Shown in pieces: positions 10,770-21,593 of a DNA stretch of 64,000 nucleotides. Position 1 is the first letter of the stretch. Each line of letters starts with the position of its first letter. The DNA is from an uncultured Pelagibacteraceae bacterium. GTDB taxonomy: Bacteria; Pseudomonadota; Alphaproteobacteria; Pelagibacterales; Pelagibacteraceae. The notes under the pieces are model-generated. The model searched no databases. It saw only the letters and a list, made by a program, of their open reading frames with translations, and was not told where the DNA came from. Location: NCBI GenBank assembly GCA_902584915.1, contig CACIBQ010000001.1:659-64658 (forward strand), given 5' to 3'. The translations under genes and the position numbers were made by a program.

Positions 10770-11038
10770 TTTTTTCTTTTGTCTAATTCCTCCATTACAT
10801 CTTCAATTTTAACATCGTTTGCTTCTAGATACATTATTAAATGATAAAAAACATCTGCAGCTTCATGAATTTTGTTTGTCTTTTTTTCTACTGCTTCTAT
10901 CAATTCATTTATTTCCTCTAAAACTTTATCTTTACTTAATGATTTATCACTCAATAATCTATTGGAATAAGATCCATCTACTGGATTATTCTTTCTGTCT
11001 CTAGCAAGTTTAAAAAGGCTCTCTAATGTACTAAGCAT
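10766..11038 (-). CDS. hisE: Phosphoribosyl-ATP pyrophosphohydrolase
   Basis: GSYS, KVLEE, HEAADVFYHL; position in his operon. Confidence 0.93.
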   Translation of the reverse strand: MLSTLESLFKLARDRKNNPVDGSYSNRLLSDKSLSKDKVLEEINELIEAVEKKTNKIHEAADVFYHLIMYLEANDVKIEDVMEELDKRKK

Positions 11039-11039
11039 A

Positions 11040-11796
11040 TTAAATCCTAACAGGTATTCCTTTTGAGTCCAAATACTCTTTAGCCTCTTTTACAGAATAT
11101 TTTCCGTAATGAAATATTGATGCCGCTAGAACAGCGCTAGCATTTCCAAGTTTAATACCATCAACTAAATGATCTAAGTTCCCTACTCCACCTGAAGCTA
11201 TAACTGGAATATTTACTTTTGATGAAATTTTAGACATTAATTCAATATCATACCCTATTTGAGTTCCATCTCGGTCCATAGAGGTAACCAGCAATTCTCC
11301 AGCTCCGCTTTCTTCCATTTTTTTTTGCAAATTCTATTGTATTAATTCCAGTATTTTTTCTTCCACCGTGGGTGAAAATTTCCCATTTGTCACCATTCTT
11401 TTTTGCATCAATAGCAACCACAATACATTGTGATCCGAATTTTTTTGAGCTGTCTTTGACTACTGCTGGGTTTTCAACCGCGGCAGTATTTATTGAAACC
11501 TTGTCGGCTCCAGAGTTTAATAATTTATTGATATCTTCAATGCTTCTAACACCTCCACCAACTGTCAATGGTACAAAGCATTTTTTAGATGTTTTTTCTA
11601 CAACATCGTAAATAGTATCTCTATTTTCATTAGATGCTGTGATATCTAAAAAACAAATTTCGTCAGCTCCACCATCGCTATAAATTTTAGCTTGTTCAAC
11701 AGGATCTCCTGCATCTTTAAGATCAACAAAATTAATTCCTTTAACTACACGACCATTCTTAACATCTAAGCAGGGAATTATTCTATTTTTAAGCAT
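11040..11796 (-). CDS. hisF: Imidazole glycerol phosphate synthase cyclase subunit, split by one extra A in an A9 run (T9 at 11318-11326)
   Basis: N-part [16 protein letters not shown]..., C-part [15 protein letters not shown]...ASGGVG...LAASIFH; removing one A gives a 251-aa HisF. Confidence 0.95.
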
Positions 11797-12505
11797 CTTC
11801 TCTCACTAGTTCTTCTAATTGAATGTCACCATCATAGATGGCTTTACCAACTATTATTCCTTCAATATTTTTTAAATTCTTAGCTTTTTTAATATCATCT
11901 ATGGATGAAACTCCACCAGAAATAATCACAGGACAATTTGATTTCTCGGCTACTTTTGATGTTTCTTCAAAATTTGGGCTTTGTTTCATGCCATCGCGAT
12001 TAATATCTGTGTAAATTAATCTACTAACGCCATAATCATTAACTTCTTTTAAATAATCTAAAGTTAATTGATTAGAATTTTCTTTCCATCCAGATACTGA
12101 CAAAAACCCATCTTTAGCATCTAAACCCAAAGCAATTTTATTTGGAAATTTTTCACATGCTTTTTTTAAAAAATTTTTATCTTTTATTGCTGCACTTCCT
12201 AAAATAACTTTTTCAACTCCTACATCAGTATATTTTTGTATACTTTTAAAGTTTCTTATGCCTCCACCAATCTCAATTTTAAGATCAAATTTAGTAACAA
12301 TATCCTTGATAATATCTAAATTTACTGTTTCTCCTGTTAAGGCGCCATCTAAATCAACAATATGTAAATTTTTGAAACCATGATCTTTGTATTTGCCTGC
12401 TTGATCAACAGGAGAAATTTCGTACTCAGTTTTATTATCAAAGTCTCCTTTTATTAATCTTACACATTTCTTATCTTTAATATCTATTGCAGGAAATATT
12501 TTCAT
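11789..12505 (-). CDS. hisA: ProFAR isomerase
   Basis: [43 protein letters not shown]. Confidence 0.97.
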   Translation of the reverse strand: MKIFPAIDIKDKKCVRLIKGDFDNKTEYEISPVDQAGKYKDHGFKNLHIVDLDGALTGETVNLDIIKDIVTKFDLKIEIGGGIRNFKSIQKYTDVGVEKVILGSAAIKDKNFLKKACEKFPNKIALGLDAKDGFLSVSGWKENSNQLTLDYLKEVNDYGVSRLIYTDINRDGMKQSPNFEETSKVAEKSNCPVIISGGVSSIDDIKKAKNLKNIEGIIVGKAIYDGDIQLEELVREDA

Positions 12506-13132
12506 TTATAAATTTATAAAATTATTAATTATTTTTAGCCCCACCTTATCACTCTTTTCTGGATGAAATTGTGTTCCAAATATATTTTCTTTTTCTACTG
12601 CACAAACTACATTTGATGAATAATCAGTAGTAGCTGAAATTACGTTTTTTTCATTTGGAATAAATTCATAACTATGCACAAAATACATATGAGAATTATT
12701 TTCTATATCTTTAAAAATCTTACTTCCTTTAACGATATTAATTTGATTCCAGCCAATATGAGGAAGTTTATATTTTCCATTTTGATTATTAATTTTTGAA
12801 ACTTTACCTGAAATCCAGCCTAAACCTTTTGTTTCCGTTTCCTCATAACCAATGTCAGCAAACATTTGTAAGCCAACACAAATACCAAGAAGTGGTTTTT
12901 TATTATCAATTGCAAATTCATTTAATGTATCAACCAAACCATTGATATTATTAAGTCCATCGACACAACTTTTGAACGAACCTTGTCCAGGCAAAACAAC
13001 TTTATCGCTCGATTTAATTTTATTTATGTCTGAAGTGACGTCTATTTTTACTTTGTCTTTAGCAACTTCGTTGAACGAATTAATAACAGAGCTTATGTTG
13101 CCCGATTTATAGTCGACAATTGCAATATTCAT
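12506..13132 (-). CDS. hisH: Imidazole glycerol phosphate synthase glutaminase subunit
   Basis: LPGQGSF, GICVGLQ, PHIGWN, YFVHSY, QFHPEKS. Confidence 0.97.
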   Translation of the reverse strand: MNIAIVDYKSGNISSVINSFNEVAKDKVKIDVTSDINKIKSSDKVVLPGQGSFKSCVDGLNNINGLVDTLNEFAIDNKKPLLGICVGLQMFADIGYEETETKGLGWISGKVSKINNQNGKYKLPHIGWNQINIVKGSKIFKDIENNSHMYFVHSYEFIPNEKNVISATTDYSSNVVCAVEKENIFGTQFHPEKSDKVGLKIINNFINL

Positions 13133-13139
13133 TAAATAT

Positions 13140-13730
13140 TTATAATGAGCCTTTAGTAGATGGTATAGCGTTTTTGGTTCTAGGTTCTATTTCTAAAGCA
13201 GCTCTTAAAGTTCTAGCCAATCCTTTAAAACATGACTCGATAATATGGTGACTATTATCACCATAAATATTTTCTATATGAAGAGTAACACCTGCTGCTT
13301 GAGAAAATGCCTGAAACCATTCTTTAAATAATTCCGTATCCATCTCTCCAAGCTTCTCAACTTTTAAATTTACTTTCCAAATTAGATACGGTCTATTTGA
13401 AATATCTATTACAACTCTTGAAAGCGTTTCATCCATTGGAATCATTGCATGAGCATATCTTTTAATACCTTTAAATTTGTTTGATGCTTTTTTTATGCAT
13501 TCTCCAATAGCAATGCCTGTATCTTCTGTTGTATGATGAAGATCTATGTGAGTGTCTCCTTTAGCCTTTAAATTTAAATCTATTAGAGAATGTTTTGATA
13601 ATTGTTCAAGCATATGATTTAAAAATCCTATACCTGTGTCAATTTTATATTTTCCCTTGCCATCAATATTAACTTCAACATTAATTGATGTTTCTTTTGT
13701 TTTTCTGCTAATTTTCGCTTTTCGTTTCAT
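13140..13730 (-). CDS. hisB: Imidazoleglycerol-phosphate dehydratase
   Basis: [39 protein letters not shown]. Confidence 0.98.
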   Translation of the reverse strand: MKRKAKISRKTKETSINVEVNIDGKGKYKIDTGIGFLNHMLEQLSKHSLIDLNLKAKGDTHIDLHHTTEDTGIAIGECIKKASNKFKGIKRYAHAMIPMDETLSRVVIDISNRPYLIWKVNLKVEKLGEMDTELFKEWFQAFSQAAGVTLHIENIYGDNSHHIIESCFKGLARTLRAALEIEPRTKNAIPSTKGSL

Positions 13731-13786
13731 TATAGAATATACATATATATAGATTATTTGCTGATATCAATATTTGTAATTTGGTA

Positions 13787-13814
13787 CTTGAACTACAAAA
13801 AATAGTATCCACCT
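13787..13814 (+). promoter_or_regulatory. Putative RpoH (sigma32) promoter of hslVU
   Basis: CTTGAA-N16-CCACCT ending 7 nt before the hslV ATG. Confidence 0.6.
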
Positions 13815-13821
13815 AAGAGTC

Positions 13822-14337
13822 ATGACAACCATTGTATTAGTTAGAAAAAAAAATCAAGTAGTAGTGGCTAGTGACGGCCAAGTCAGTATGGGAAATACTG
13901 TTATCAAGAAAACCGCAAATAAAGTAAGAAAGATTGAGAAAAGAAATGTGATTGCTGGCTTTGCTGGTTCTACTGCAGATGCACTAACATTGTTTGAAAG
14001 ATTGGAGTCTAAACTAGAAAAACATGCTGGAAATCTTGCCAGAGCAGCAGTTGAATTAGCCAAAGATTGGCGAACAGATAAATATTTAAGAAGATTAGAG
14101 GCGTTGATGGCAGTAGCTGATAAAGAAAAGAGTTTTATTATTTCGGGTACTGGAGATGTATTAGAGCCTGAAGGAGACGTAATTGGTATTGGTTCAGGAG
14201 GAAACTATGCTTTAGCAGCAGCTAAAGTTTTAATGAACAATGAAATGTCTGCAGAAGAAATTGCAAAAAAAGCTGTAGAAACTGCAGCTGAGATTTGCGT
14301 GTTTACAAATAATAATATTTCGGTTGAAAAAATATAA
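13822..14337 (+). CDS. hslV: ATP-dependent protease peptidase subunit
   Basis: MTTIV N-terminal Thr, [35 protein letters not shown]. Confidence 0.98.
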   Translation: MTTIVLVRKKNQVVVASDGQVSMGNTVIKKTANKVRKIEKRNVIAGFAGSTADALTLFERLESKLEKHAGNLARAAVELAKDWRTDKYLRRLEALMAVADKEKSFIISGTGDVLEPEGDVIGIGSGGNYALAAAKVLMNNEMSAEEIAKKAVETAAEICVFTNNNISVEKI

Positions 14338-15704
14338 TGGATAAATCAAACGTAACAACGCTAGTTCCTAAAGATAAAAAAGAAAATAAAAATACTCTTT
14401 CCGATTCATTGTCTCCTAGAGAAATAGTTTCCGAATTAGATAGGTTTGTTGTTGGACAAGATAAAGCTAAAAGAGCAGTAGCAATTGCTTTAAGAAATAG
14501 ATGGAGAAGACAGGCTATTGAAGGGGAGATGAAAGATGAAGTTCTTCCTAAAAATATACTTATGATGGGTCCTACAGGAGTTGGTAAAACTGAAATATCA
14601 AGAAGATTATCAAAATTAGCTGAAGCACCTTTTGTAAAAGTTGAAGCAACAAGATTTACAGAGGTTGGATATGTAGGACGAGACGTTGAACAAATAATCA
14701 GAGATTTAATTGAAATTGCTATTGCAATGGAAAGATCAAAAAAAAGAAAAGAAGTACATGCCAAAGCTCAAAAGCTTGCTGAAGAAAGAGTTTTAAATGC
14801 ATTAGTTGGAAATAGCGCAAGTGTTGCTACAAGAGAAAGCTTTAGAAAAAGATTAAGAAATGGTGATTTAGATGAAAATGAAATAGAAATTGCAATCAGT
14901 GAAAATAGCCAAATGCCTTCTTTTGAAATTCCTGGTATGCCTGGAGCAAATATTGGAATGATAAATATTTCTGATGCCCTGGGAAAATCTTTAGGACAAA
15001 AACCAAAAAAGAAAAAAATGTCGGTAAAAGAGTCTCACGAAATTTTAATTAACGAAGAGTCAGATAAGCTTATAGAAGAAGATAAAATAATTAAATCATC
15101 TAAACACTCAACTGAAAATAATGGAATAGTGTTTCTTGACGAAATAGATAAAATTTCAGCGAGAACAGATAGAGTTGGTGGCGATGTATCTCGAGAAGGT
15201 GTTCAAAGAGATCTTCTTCCGCTAATTGAGGGTACAACTGTTAATACAAAATATGGCCCTATAAAAACTGATCATATTTTATTTATTGCATCGGGGGCTT
15301 TCCAACTTGCCAAACCTTCAGATTTATTACCAGAGTTACAAGGAAGATTGCCGATTAGAGTTGAATTAGATGCATTAAATAGTGAAGACTTTAAAAGAAT
15401 TTTGAAAGAACCGGATAACAGTTTAATAAAACAGTATAAAGCACTTTTAAAAACTGAAAATGTAGAGTTAGAATTCAGCGATGACGGAATTGACTTAATA
15501 GCCAGCATAGCAAGTGAGGTTAATAACACAGTGGAGAATATAGGCGCTAGAAGACTACACACTATTATAGAGAGAATATTAGATGAAATTAGTTTTACAG
15601 CCTCTGATAAATCAGGAGAAACTGTATTAATAGACTCCGATTATATTAAAAAACATATCGGAGAACTTGTTAAAGATACTGACTTATCAAAATTTATTTT
15701 ATAA
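14337..15704 (+). CDS. hslU: ATP-dependent protease ATPase subunit
   Basis: [48 protein letters not shown]. Confidence 0.98.
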   Translation: MDKSNVTTLVPKDKKENKNTLSDSLSPREIVSELDRFVVGQDKAKRAVAIALRNRWRRQAIEGEMKDEVLPKNILMMGPTGVGKTEISRRLSKLAEAPFVKVEATRFTEVGYVGRDVEQIIRDLIEIAIAMERSKKRKEVHAKAQKLAEERVLNALVGNSASVATRESFRKRLRNGDLDENEIEIAISENSQMPSFEIPGMPGANIGMINISDALGKSLGQKPKKKKMSVKESHEILINEESDKLIEEDKIIKSSKHSTENNGIVFLDEIDKISARTDRVGGDVSREGVQRDLLPLIEGTTVNTKYGPIKTDHILFIASGAFQLAKPSDLLPELQGRLPIRVELDALNSEDFKRILKEPDNSLIKQYKALLKTENVELEFSDDGIDLIASIASEVNNTVENIGARRLHTIIERILDEISFTASDKSGETVLIDSDYIKKHIGELVKDTDLSKFIL

Positions 15705-16254
15705 TTTCATACTCAAAATTCTGAGTTTCTTCATTAACTTGAATTTCTTTAGCACCGTTTTTAAGATGAAAATTTCTTGCCATTTCTGTTAATGGAGAAA
15801 GAGTAACTAACCTATTTAAATGGTTTGATTTTTTTATCATTTTAAATACCTCTTTAACAATTAATTTTCCTCCACCTTTTTTATTTGACCAAACAGTATA
15901 TGCAATTGCTATTTGTCCGACATTTTGATCTCTAGTAGCACTTTGTAAAAAAGCATCTCTACTAAATAGATCTAATTCATGTACTGATTTGGGTATTTGA
16001 TTAGTAAAAGCAAAACACATAACAGCGTGAATTTCATTTTTATATTTAACCCCAAATATTTTTCTTCCATAATTAGTTCTAAACTCATTATCTAATTCAG
16101 GTCTCACTGGATCTTTCTCTGTTTCACATTCTTTTAATTCAACTAGCTCTGAACCTTTTACCCAATCAAAAAAATTCTTAATATTTTTATTTAGATCTTT
16201 CTTGCTTTTTCTGAACCTTGCCTTGATATTTCTAGATACTTTTGCTTTAATCAC
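15694..16254 (-). CDS. Uncharacterised GNAT-fold protein resembling a minimal malonyl-CoA decarboxylase catalytic domain
   Basis: [36 protein letters not shown]; GTG start overlaps the smr stop; ORF is solid, function is inference. Confidence 0.6.
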   Translation of the reverse strand: MIKAKVSRNIKARFRKSKKDLNKNIKNFFDWVKGSELVELKECETEKDPVRPELDNEFRTNYGRKIFGVKYKNEIHAVMCFAFTNQIPKSVHELDLFSRDAFLQSATRDQNVGQIAIAYTVWSNKKGGGKLIVKEVFKMIKKSNHLNRLVTLSPLTEMARNFHLKNGAKEIQVNEETQNFEYEIIK

Positions 16255-16666
16255 TTTTTTTCTTTAAAATTATATCAAAATTACCTTTTGATGACATTTT
16301 AATAGATTCAAAATCTATTTTCAAAATTTTATTCATTAAATTTTTATTTTCTTTAATATAATTTGGAACAGAATATTTTAATATACTTAAATCTTTAGAT
16401 TGATATGGATCGTCTAAATTCTTTGATCTGCTACCCTTTCCTGTAATGATATTAATTTTTCTTACACCTTTTTCAAAACTTGATAAAATAAACTTTTCAA
16501 TTTTAATATTTGCTTCTTCTAAACTATAACCGTGCAAATCTATAATTTTTTCTATATATGAAAAATCTTTTTTCGTAGATTGTACATCTTTATCTTGTAT
16601 TGCTTCTTTGGAATTAACAAATTTTTCCCAATCTTTTTTATCTTTATTTGATAATTTTTTATTCAA
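16247..16666 (-). CDS. Smr/MutS2 C-terminal domain protein
   Basis: IDLHGYSLEEA, IITGKGSRS. Confidence 0.9.
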   Translation of the reverse strand: MNKKLSNKDKKDWEKFVNSKEAIQDKDVQSTKKDFSYIEKIIDLHGYSLEEANIKIEKFILSSFEKGVRKINIITGKGSRSKNLDDPYQSKDLSILKYSVPNYIKENKNLMNKILKIDFESIKMSSKGNFDIILKKKSD

Positions 16667-17254
16667 TTAAACTTCAGTTTTAATTAATTGCCAATTTGGA
16701 TTTTGAGACCTAATATTTCTAGAAAACTTCCAAGTATCGTTTACTCTTTTTATTTTGTGTGGATCTCCAGAAATAATTTTATTTTCTTTATCTTTGATAC
16801 AAGTGATTATTTCACTTATAAAATTAACACTTACTTCTAACAAGTCTTTGTTTTGATTATGATCTTTAATTTCGGCGGAATTAATCCCTATGAATGTTGT
16901 TTCATTCTTAAGTTGTTTTGTTGATCTTTCTTTAATCGCTTCATTAAACGAATTGTACACATCTTTATTTAGCAGCGTTTTGATTTCACTTATTTTGCCG
17001 TTAGCAAACGAAATAATGATTGTTTCGTATGCAATTTGTGCGCCTTTTAAAAATTCTTTTTTTGCATTTTCATCAAACTCGTATATTTCTTTTTTTACAA
17101 CTGGTTTTTTAAATTCAAAATTGTTGGAGAAGCTAGATGGTACATCTTCTTCATGACCTGTTTTTTTACCTAAGATTCCTCTTAATCTTAGAAAAATAAA
17201 ACCTGCTATCATTGCAAGTAAAATAATGTCTATGTATTCGAAGCTATAATTCAT
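16667..17254 (-). CDS. Tim44/TimA family adaptor protein
   Basis: LRLRGILGKKTGHE, FLKGAQIAYE, DTWKFSR, PNWQL. Confidence 0.92.
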   Translation of the reverse strand: MNYSFEYIDIILLAMIAGFIFLRLRGILGKKTGHEEDVPSSFSNNFEFKKPVVKKEIYEFDENAKKEFLKGAQIAYETIIISFANGKISEIKTLLNKDVYNSFNEAIKERSTKQLKNETTFIGINSAEIKDHNQNKDLLEVSVNFISEIITCIKDKENKIISGDPHKIKRVNDTWKFSRNIRSQNPNWQLIKTEV

Positions 17255-17329
17255 TGTAATTTATATATATTTATAATATTTACTATGTTGGTCTTTTTCA
17301 ATGACCTAAATTTTAAGAATTAAAGACAA

Positions 17330-17743
17330 ATGAACTCACTATTATTAGCAATAATTTTAATTCCTGGTATTGAGATTTATTTATTTATAAAAATTGGAGC
17401 CTCAATTGGAGCATTAAATACTGTATTACTTATATTTCTAACAGCTTTCATAGGGATTTATTATGCGCGCGCTGAAGGTCTAAATACTTTAAATCAGGGA
17501 ATTAGAAAGATGATAAAAAATGAGATGCCTGCATATGAACTAATTTCTGGGGCTTTTATTGCAATAGGCGCTATTTTTTTAATTATACCTGGCTTTGCAA
17601 CAGATTTTTTAGGTTTTTTAATTATATTTCCACCAACAAGAAAAATAATGTTTAAAAAATTTACAAATAAAAATAAAAAAAATGACATTAACGATAAAGA
17701 TTATATTGAAGGAGAATACAAAGATTTAGATGACAGAAAATAA
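17330..17743 (+). CDS. fxsA: FxsA family membrane protein
   Basis: IEIYLFIKIG, LIIPGFATDFLG, IEGEY; tim44-fxsA-secB synteny. Confidence 0.9.
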   Translation: MNSLLLAIILIPGIEIYLFIKIGASIGALNTVLLIFLTAFIGIYYARAEGLNTLNQGIRKMIKNEMPAYELISGAFIAIGAIFLIIPGFATDFLGFLIIFPPTRKIMFKKFTNKNKKNDINDKDYIEGEYKDLDDRK

Positions 17744-18164
17744 AGAGCAAAAATTCAAAATTATTCTAGAATATATAAAGGATCTTTCAATTGAAACTCC
17801 AGATGTTGCGGCTCTCAAGTTTGTCAGAGAAAATTTGACAAATTATATAATGGATATTGATATATCTTCATCAGTACTAAAAAATAAAACTTTAGAAGTA
17901 ACTACAAAATTAGCTCTGCAAGATAAAAAAGATAATGTGTCAAAGGCTTTTTTTGAAATAAAATATGCCACAGTGGTTACTCTAGATAACTCAATAAATG
18001 ATAAGAGTGAAATAGGAAAAGTAATTCTTTGTGATTTACAAAAAATTATTTATCCACGATTAGAAAACATATTTTTAGATTTGATTAAAAAAGCTGGATA
18101 TCCTGAGTTAAAATTTGAAAAAAAAGTAGATTTTGATAAGTTATACAGTGAAAAATTTAATTGA
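17730..18164 (+). CDS. secB: Protein export chaperone SecB (divergent)
   Basis: YIKDLSIETP, AFFEIKYA, GYP, VDFDKLY; between fxsA and dnaQ. Confidence 0.82.
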   Translation: MTENKEQKFKIILEYIKDLSIETPDVAALKFVRENLTNYIMDIDISSSVLKNKTLEVTTKLALQDKKDNVSKAFFEIKYATVVTLDNSINDKSEIGKVILCDLQKIIYPRLENIFLDLIKKAGYPELKFEKKVDFDKLYSEKFN

Positions 18165-18825
18165 AATAATTTTTTTTAATTTCTTTTTTTAAAAAAACAT
18201 CATGTTGTTTTAATTCCTCTTGTGTCGGTTTTATAATTTTATTAAAATATTTAACTTTAAAATTATCACTATTTTTTTCATTAAGACCTTTATCAACATT
18301 TAGTTCAAATGTTGGTTCTTTTTGATCAAGTAAATTTATATATACTTTGGACAACAATTCACAATCTATAACTGCATTATGTTTTTCCCTTTTTGAATTA
18401 TCAATACCAAATTTTTTACATAAAGCATCTAGGCTTGTACCGGAACCTGGGAATTTACCTCTAGCGATTTGCATCGTATCAACCACTTCTTCTTTTATTT
18501 TATTTCTTCCTAGTAAAGATAATTCATTATTTAAATGAGAAATATCAAATTCTGCATTATGTATAATTAATTTTTTTCCATCTATGAATTTTAAAAAATC
18601 TTCTACTATTTCGGAAAATTTTTTTTGCTTAGATAAAAATGCATCTGTATAACCATGAACTTTGAAAGCTTCCTGTGAAACCTTTCTTTCTGGATTTATA
18701 TAACAATGAAACTTATTTTTTGTGGGCATTAAATCTTTAAGCTCTAAACATCCTATTTCAACTATTCTATGGCCTTCGGATATTTTTAATCCAGTAGTTT
18801 CTGTATCTAAGATTACTTCAATCAT
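18157..18825 (-). CDS. dnaQ: DNA polymerase III epsilon subunit
   Basis: LDTETTG, HRIVEIG, HNAEFD, SLDALC, HNAVID. Confidence 0.96.
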   Translation of the reverse strand: MIEVILDTETTGLKISEGHRIVEIGCLELKDLMPTKNKFHCYINPERKVSQEAFKVHGYTDAFLSKQKKFSEIVEDFLKFIDGKKLIIHNAEFDISHLNNELSLLGRNKIKEEVVDTMQIARGKFPGSGTSLDALCKKFGIDNSKREKHNAVIDCELLSKVYINLLDQKEPTFELNVDKGLNEKNSDNFKVKYFNKIIKPTQEELKQHDVFLKKEIKKNYFN

Positions 18826-19384
18826 TTAACTCTTTCTTTATTTGTTTTATTTGTTTTAAAATATTATTTTTAATTAAGGAATTATCAATTACATAATTAC
18901 ATAGTTTAATTTTTTTATTTTTTTTTATTTGTTGTGATTTTAAAATATTTATTATCTTTTTATTGTAATTTCCCCTTTTTTTAAGTCTATTTACGATAGT
19001 TTTATTGGGCGTTTTAATAAAAATTAAAATATCATTTTTCTTGTGAAGTTTATTTTCTAACAATAATGGAATGTCAAGTACTGTATATTTGCATTTATTA
19101 TTTTTTTTTAAAAATTTTTTTAGATTAGATCTTACATATGGGTGTACTATTTTCGATAAAATTTTGATATTTTTTTTATTAATAATTTCTTTAATTTGTG
19201 ACTTAATTACAGGAAAATTTTTTATTTGATTTGGAAATTTTTTTTTTAACTTTCTAAAGCATTGTTTATTTGTTTTGTAGATTTTTTTAACTTCCTGGTC
19301 AGCGTTAAATATAGGATACCCAAAGCGCTTGCTAACATAAGTTTTGCCAGATCCAATTTCCCCTATTAAACCTATTCTAATCAT
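18818..19384 (-). CDS. coaE: Dephospho-CoA kinase
   Basis: IGLIGEIGSGKT, NAD, IVHPYV, LDIPLLLE. Confidence 0.93.
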   Translation of the reverse strand: MIRIGLIGEIGSGKTYVSKRFGYPIFNADQEVKKIYKTNKQCFRKLKKKFPNQIKNFPVIKSQIKEIINKKNIKILSKIVHPYVRSNLKKFLKKNNKCKYTVLDIPLLLENKLHKKNDILIFIKTPNKTIVNRLKKRGNYNKKIINILKSQQIKKNKKIKLCNYVIDNSLIKNNILKQIKQIKKELND

Positions 19385-20198
19385 TTTCCAATAATTGAAG
19401 AACTTTTTTATTAATTAATGGTATGAGTCCGTCCCGCGCATTGGGAGCTTTTGTAAAATAACCAAAAGCTGCTCGGGCTTGGTAAACAAACATCATTTTC
19501 CCGTTCTCGATCTTGTGGCCACGTTTTTTTGCCTCAAAAAGAAAATTTGTTTTTTTAGGATTATAAATAACATCATAAAAAAATTTTCCCGACCCTATTT
19601 GATCATAATTAATTGGCACTTTATCGTTTTCTTTAAGGCCTAAACTTGTAGTATTTATAATCATATCAAAATCTTTAATATCTCCCCATTCCACAAGCTC
19701 TATTTGAGGGAATAATTTTTTTAAATTTTCAGCTTTTTCTTTAGTTCTGTTTGTTAATGTAATTTTTGAAGCTTTCATTTTTTTAAGTGAATAAATAATT
19801 GATGGCGCCACACCTCCTGCTCCTAATATAAAAATTTTCTTACCAGATATATCATATTTTGCATATTTAATTGCCAATTCGAAGCCGATAATGTCGGTAT
19901 TATGACCAATTGTAATTCCATTTTGAAAATAAATTGTGTTAACCGATTGCGTATCTTTTGCTTCTGGACTTAATTCATCTAAAAATGGAATTACTACTTT
20001 TTTGAATGGAACAGTAACATTAATACCATTTATTTTTTTTTCTTTAACTTCATAAATAATGCTTTGTAGATCTTTCTCTTCAAGTATTTTTTTATCATAT
20101 GTAGCATTAATGTTATTTTCTTTTAACCAATGGTTATGAAGTTTGGGCGATAAAGAATGTTCAATTGGATTTCCTATAACTAAATATTTTTTTATCAT
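19377..20198 (-). CDS. aroE: Shikimate dehydrogenase
   Basis: GNPIEHSLSP, NVTVPFK, SVNT, NTD, GAGG, NRT, NTTSLG, DVIYNP. Confidence 0.96.
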   Translation of the reverse strand: MIKKYLVIGNPIEHSLSPKLHNHWLKENNINATYDKKILEEKDLQSIIYEVKEKKINGINVTVPFKKVVIPFLDELSPEAKDTQSVNTIYFQNGITIGHNTDIIGFELAIKYAKYDISGKKIFILGAGGVAPSIIYSLKKMKASKITLTNRTKEKAENLKKLFPQIELVEWGDIKDFDMIINTTSLGLKENDKVPINYDQIGSGKFFYDVIYNPKKTNFLFEAKKRGHKIENGKMMFVYQARAAFGYFTKAPNARDGLIPLINKKVLQLLEND

Positions 20199-20794
20199 AA
20201 AGAATTTATGTATTCCTTAATTTTTTTAACTGGCAGTCCCATAATTGTATCTTCATCTCCTTCTATTTTCGAAAATAATGATCTTCCTTCTCCTTCAATT
20301 TGATAAACATTGTATGCATATAAAGCTTCATCACTTATTTTTTCTAAATATTCTTTTAGTTCTTCATCAGACATTTTTTTCATGGTTAATGCTGCTTTGT
20401 CTGTATAGTTCCATATCATTGATCCATTTTTTGAAATACAAACTGAACTTATTAAGTAATGCTTTTTACCGTTAAGTTTTTTTAAAATATTTAAAGCTTC
20501 TTTTCTATCTAGGGGTTTTGAAATTATTTCACCTTCTAGATCGATAACACTGTCTGCTCCTATCACTATTTCTCCATTTTTTTTTTCACTTATTTTATTT
20601 GCTTTTAATTCTGCTAAATTTTTAGAAATAATTTCAGGCGGGGCCCCTTCATTTAAAAGACTTTTCTTAACACTGTCTTCATCAACATTTGATTTTTCAA
20701 CTACACAATTAATATTATTTTTATCTAATATTTCTTTTCTAACTTTGCTTTGAGAGGCTAATATTATCTTAATTTCTTTTAGAGAATATTTCAT
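20195..20794 (-). CDS. maf: Maf family nucleoside triphosphate pyrophosphatase
   Basis: ILASQSKVR, IGADSV, SKP, TIMGLP. Confidence 0.92.
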   Translation of the reverse strand: MKYSLKEIKIILASQSKVRKEILDKNNINCVVEKSNVDEDSVKKSLLNEGAPPEIISKNLAELKANKISEKKNGEIVIGADSVIDLEGEIISKPLDRKEALNILKKLNGKKHYLISSVCISKNGSMIWNYTDKAALTMKKMSDEELKEYLEKISDEALYAYNVYQIEGEGRSLFSKIEGDEDTIMGLPVKKIKEYINSL

Positions 20795-21593
20795 ACATTT
20801 TAATCACAGAAGCGGCTGTTTCTTCAACTGATTTTCTTGTTACATCAATTACTGGCCATTGATATTTTTTAAATATTTTTTTTGATTCATTTATCTCATC
20901 CTGAATGGTTTCCAAGTTAGTATATTGTATATTTTCATTTTCTTTGATCGTTGACATTCTATTTTTTCTAACATCATGAAGTCTGTTTGGTTCTGCAACA
21001 AGCCCAACTATACAACAAATTTTTGGATTATCTTTTATTTTTTTTGGTATAGAGTTACTATTTATAATGGGGACGTTTGAAGTTTTATAACCTCTGTTAG
21101 CTAAATAAATTGAGGTTGGGGTTTTGCTTGTTCTACTAACTCCTAATAAAATAACATCAGATTTATTTATGTCTATAGTTGAATTTCCATCATCATGATT
21201 CATGGTAAATTGTATCGCTTCAATTCTTTTATAATACTCTTCATTTAATACATGCTGTCCACTTGGTATATGTGTTGCTTTCTGGTTAAGAAGTTTTGAA
21301 AAATTAAGAATTAAATCTCCTAATACACCAAAACAAGGAATGTTTTTTTTATTTGCTTGTTGGGATAAATACTTTGCAAGTTTATTATCAACCACAGTAT
21401 ATAAAATTATAGAATCTTCTTTCTTTTCTGCATCCTCGAGTATTTTTAATATTTGGTTTTCTGTTCTACTAAATGAATATTGGAAAACATTATGTTCAAA
21501 ATTATTAAATTGTGCTTTTAGTGCGCTAAATATTCTATCTAAAGTTTCGCCCGTAGAGTCTGAAATAAGATAAATATTGTATGTAGTAATCAT
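20769..21593 (-). CDS. PEP synthase/PPDK regulatory kinase-pyrophosphorylase (DUF299)
   Basis: ISDSTGET, HDDG, GVSRTSKTPTSIYLA, DVTRKSVEETAA. Confidence 0.95.
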   Translation of the reverse strand: MITTYNIYLISDSTGETLDRIFSALKAQFNNFEHNVFQYSFSRTENQILKILEDAEKKEDSIILYTVVDNKLAKYLSQQANKKNIPCFGVLGDLILNFSKLLNQKATHIPSGQHVLNEEYYKRIEAIQFTMNHDDGNSTIDINKSDVILLGVSRTSKTPTSIYLANRGYKTSNVPIINSNSIPKKIKDNPKICCIVGLVAEPNRLHDVRKNRMSTIKENENIQYTNLETIQDEINESKKIFKKYQWPVIDVTRKSVEETAASVIKMYEIFSKRN

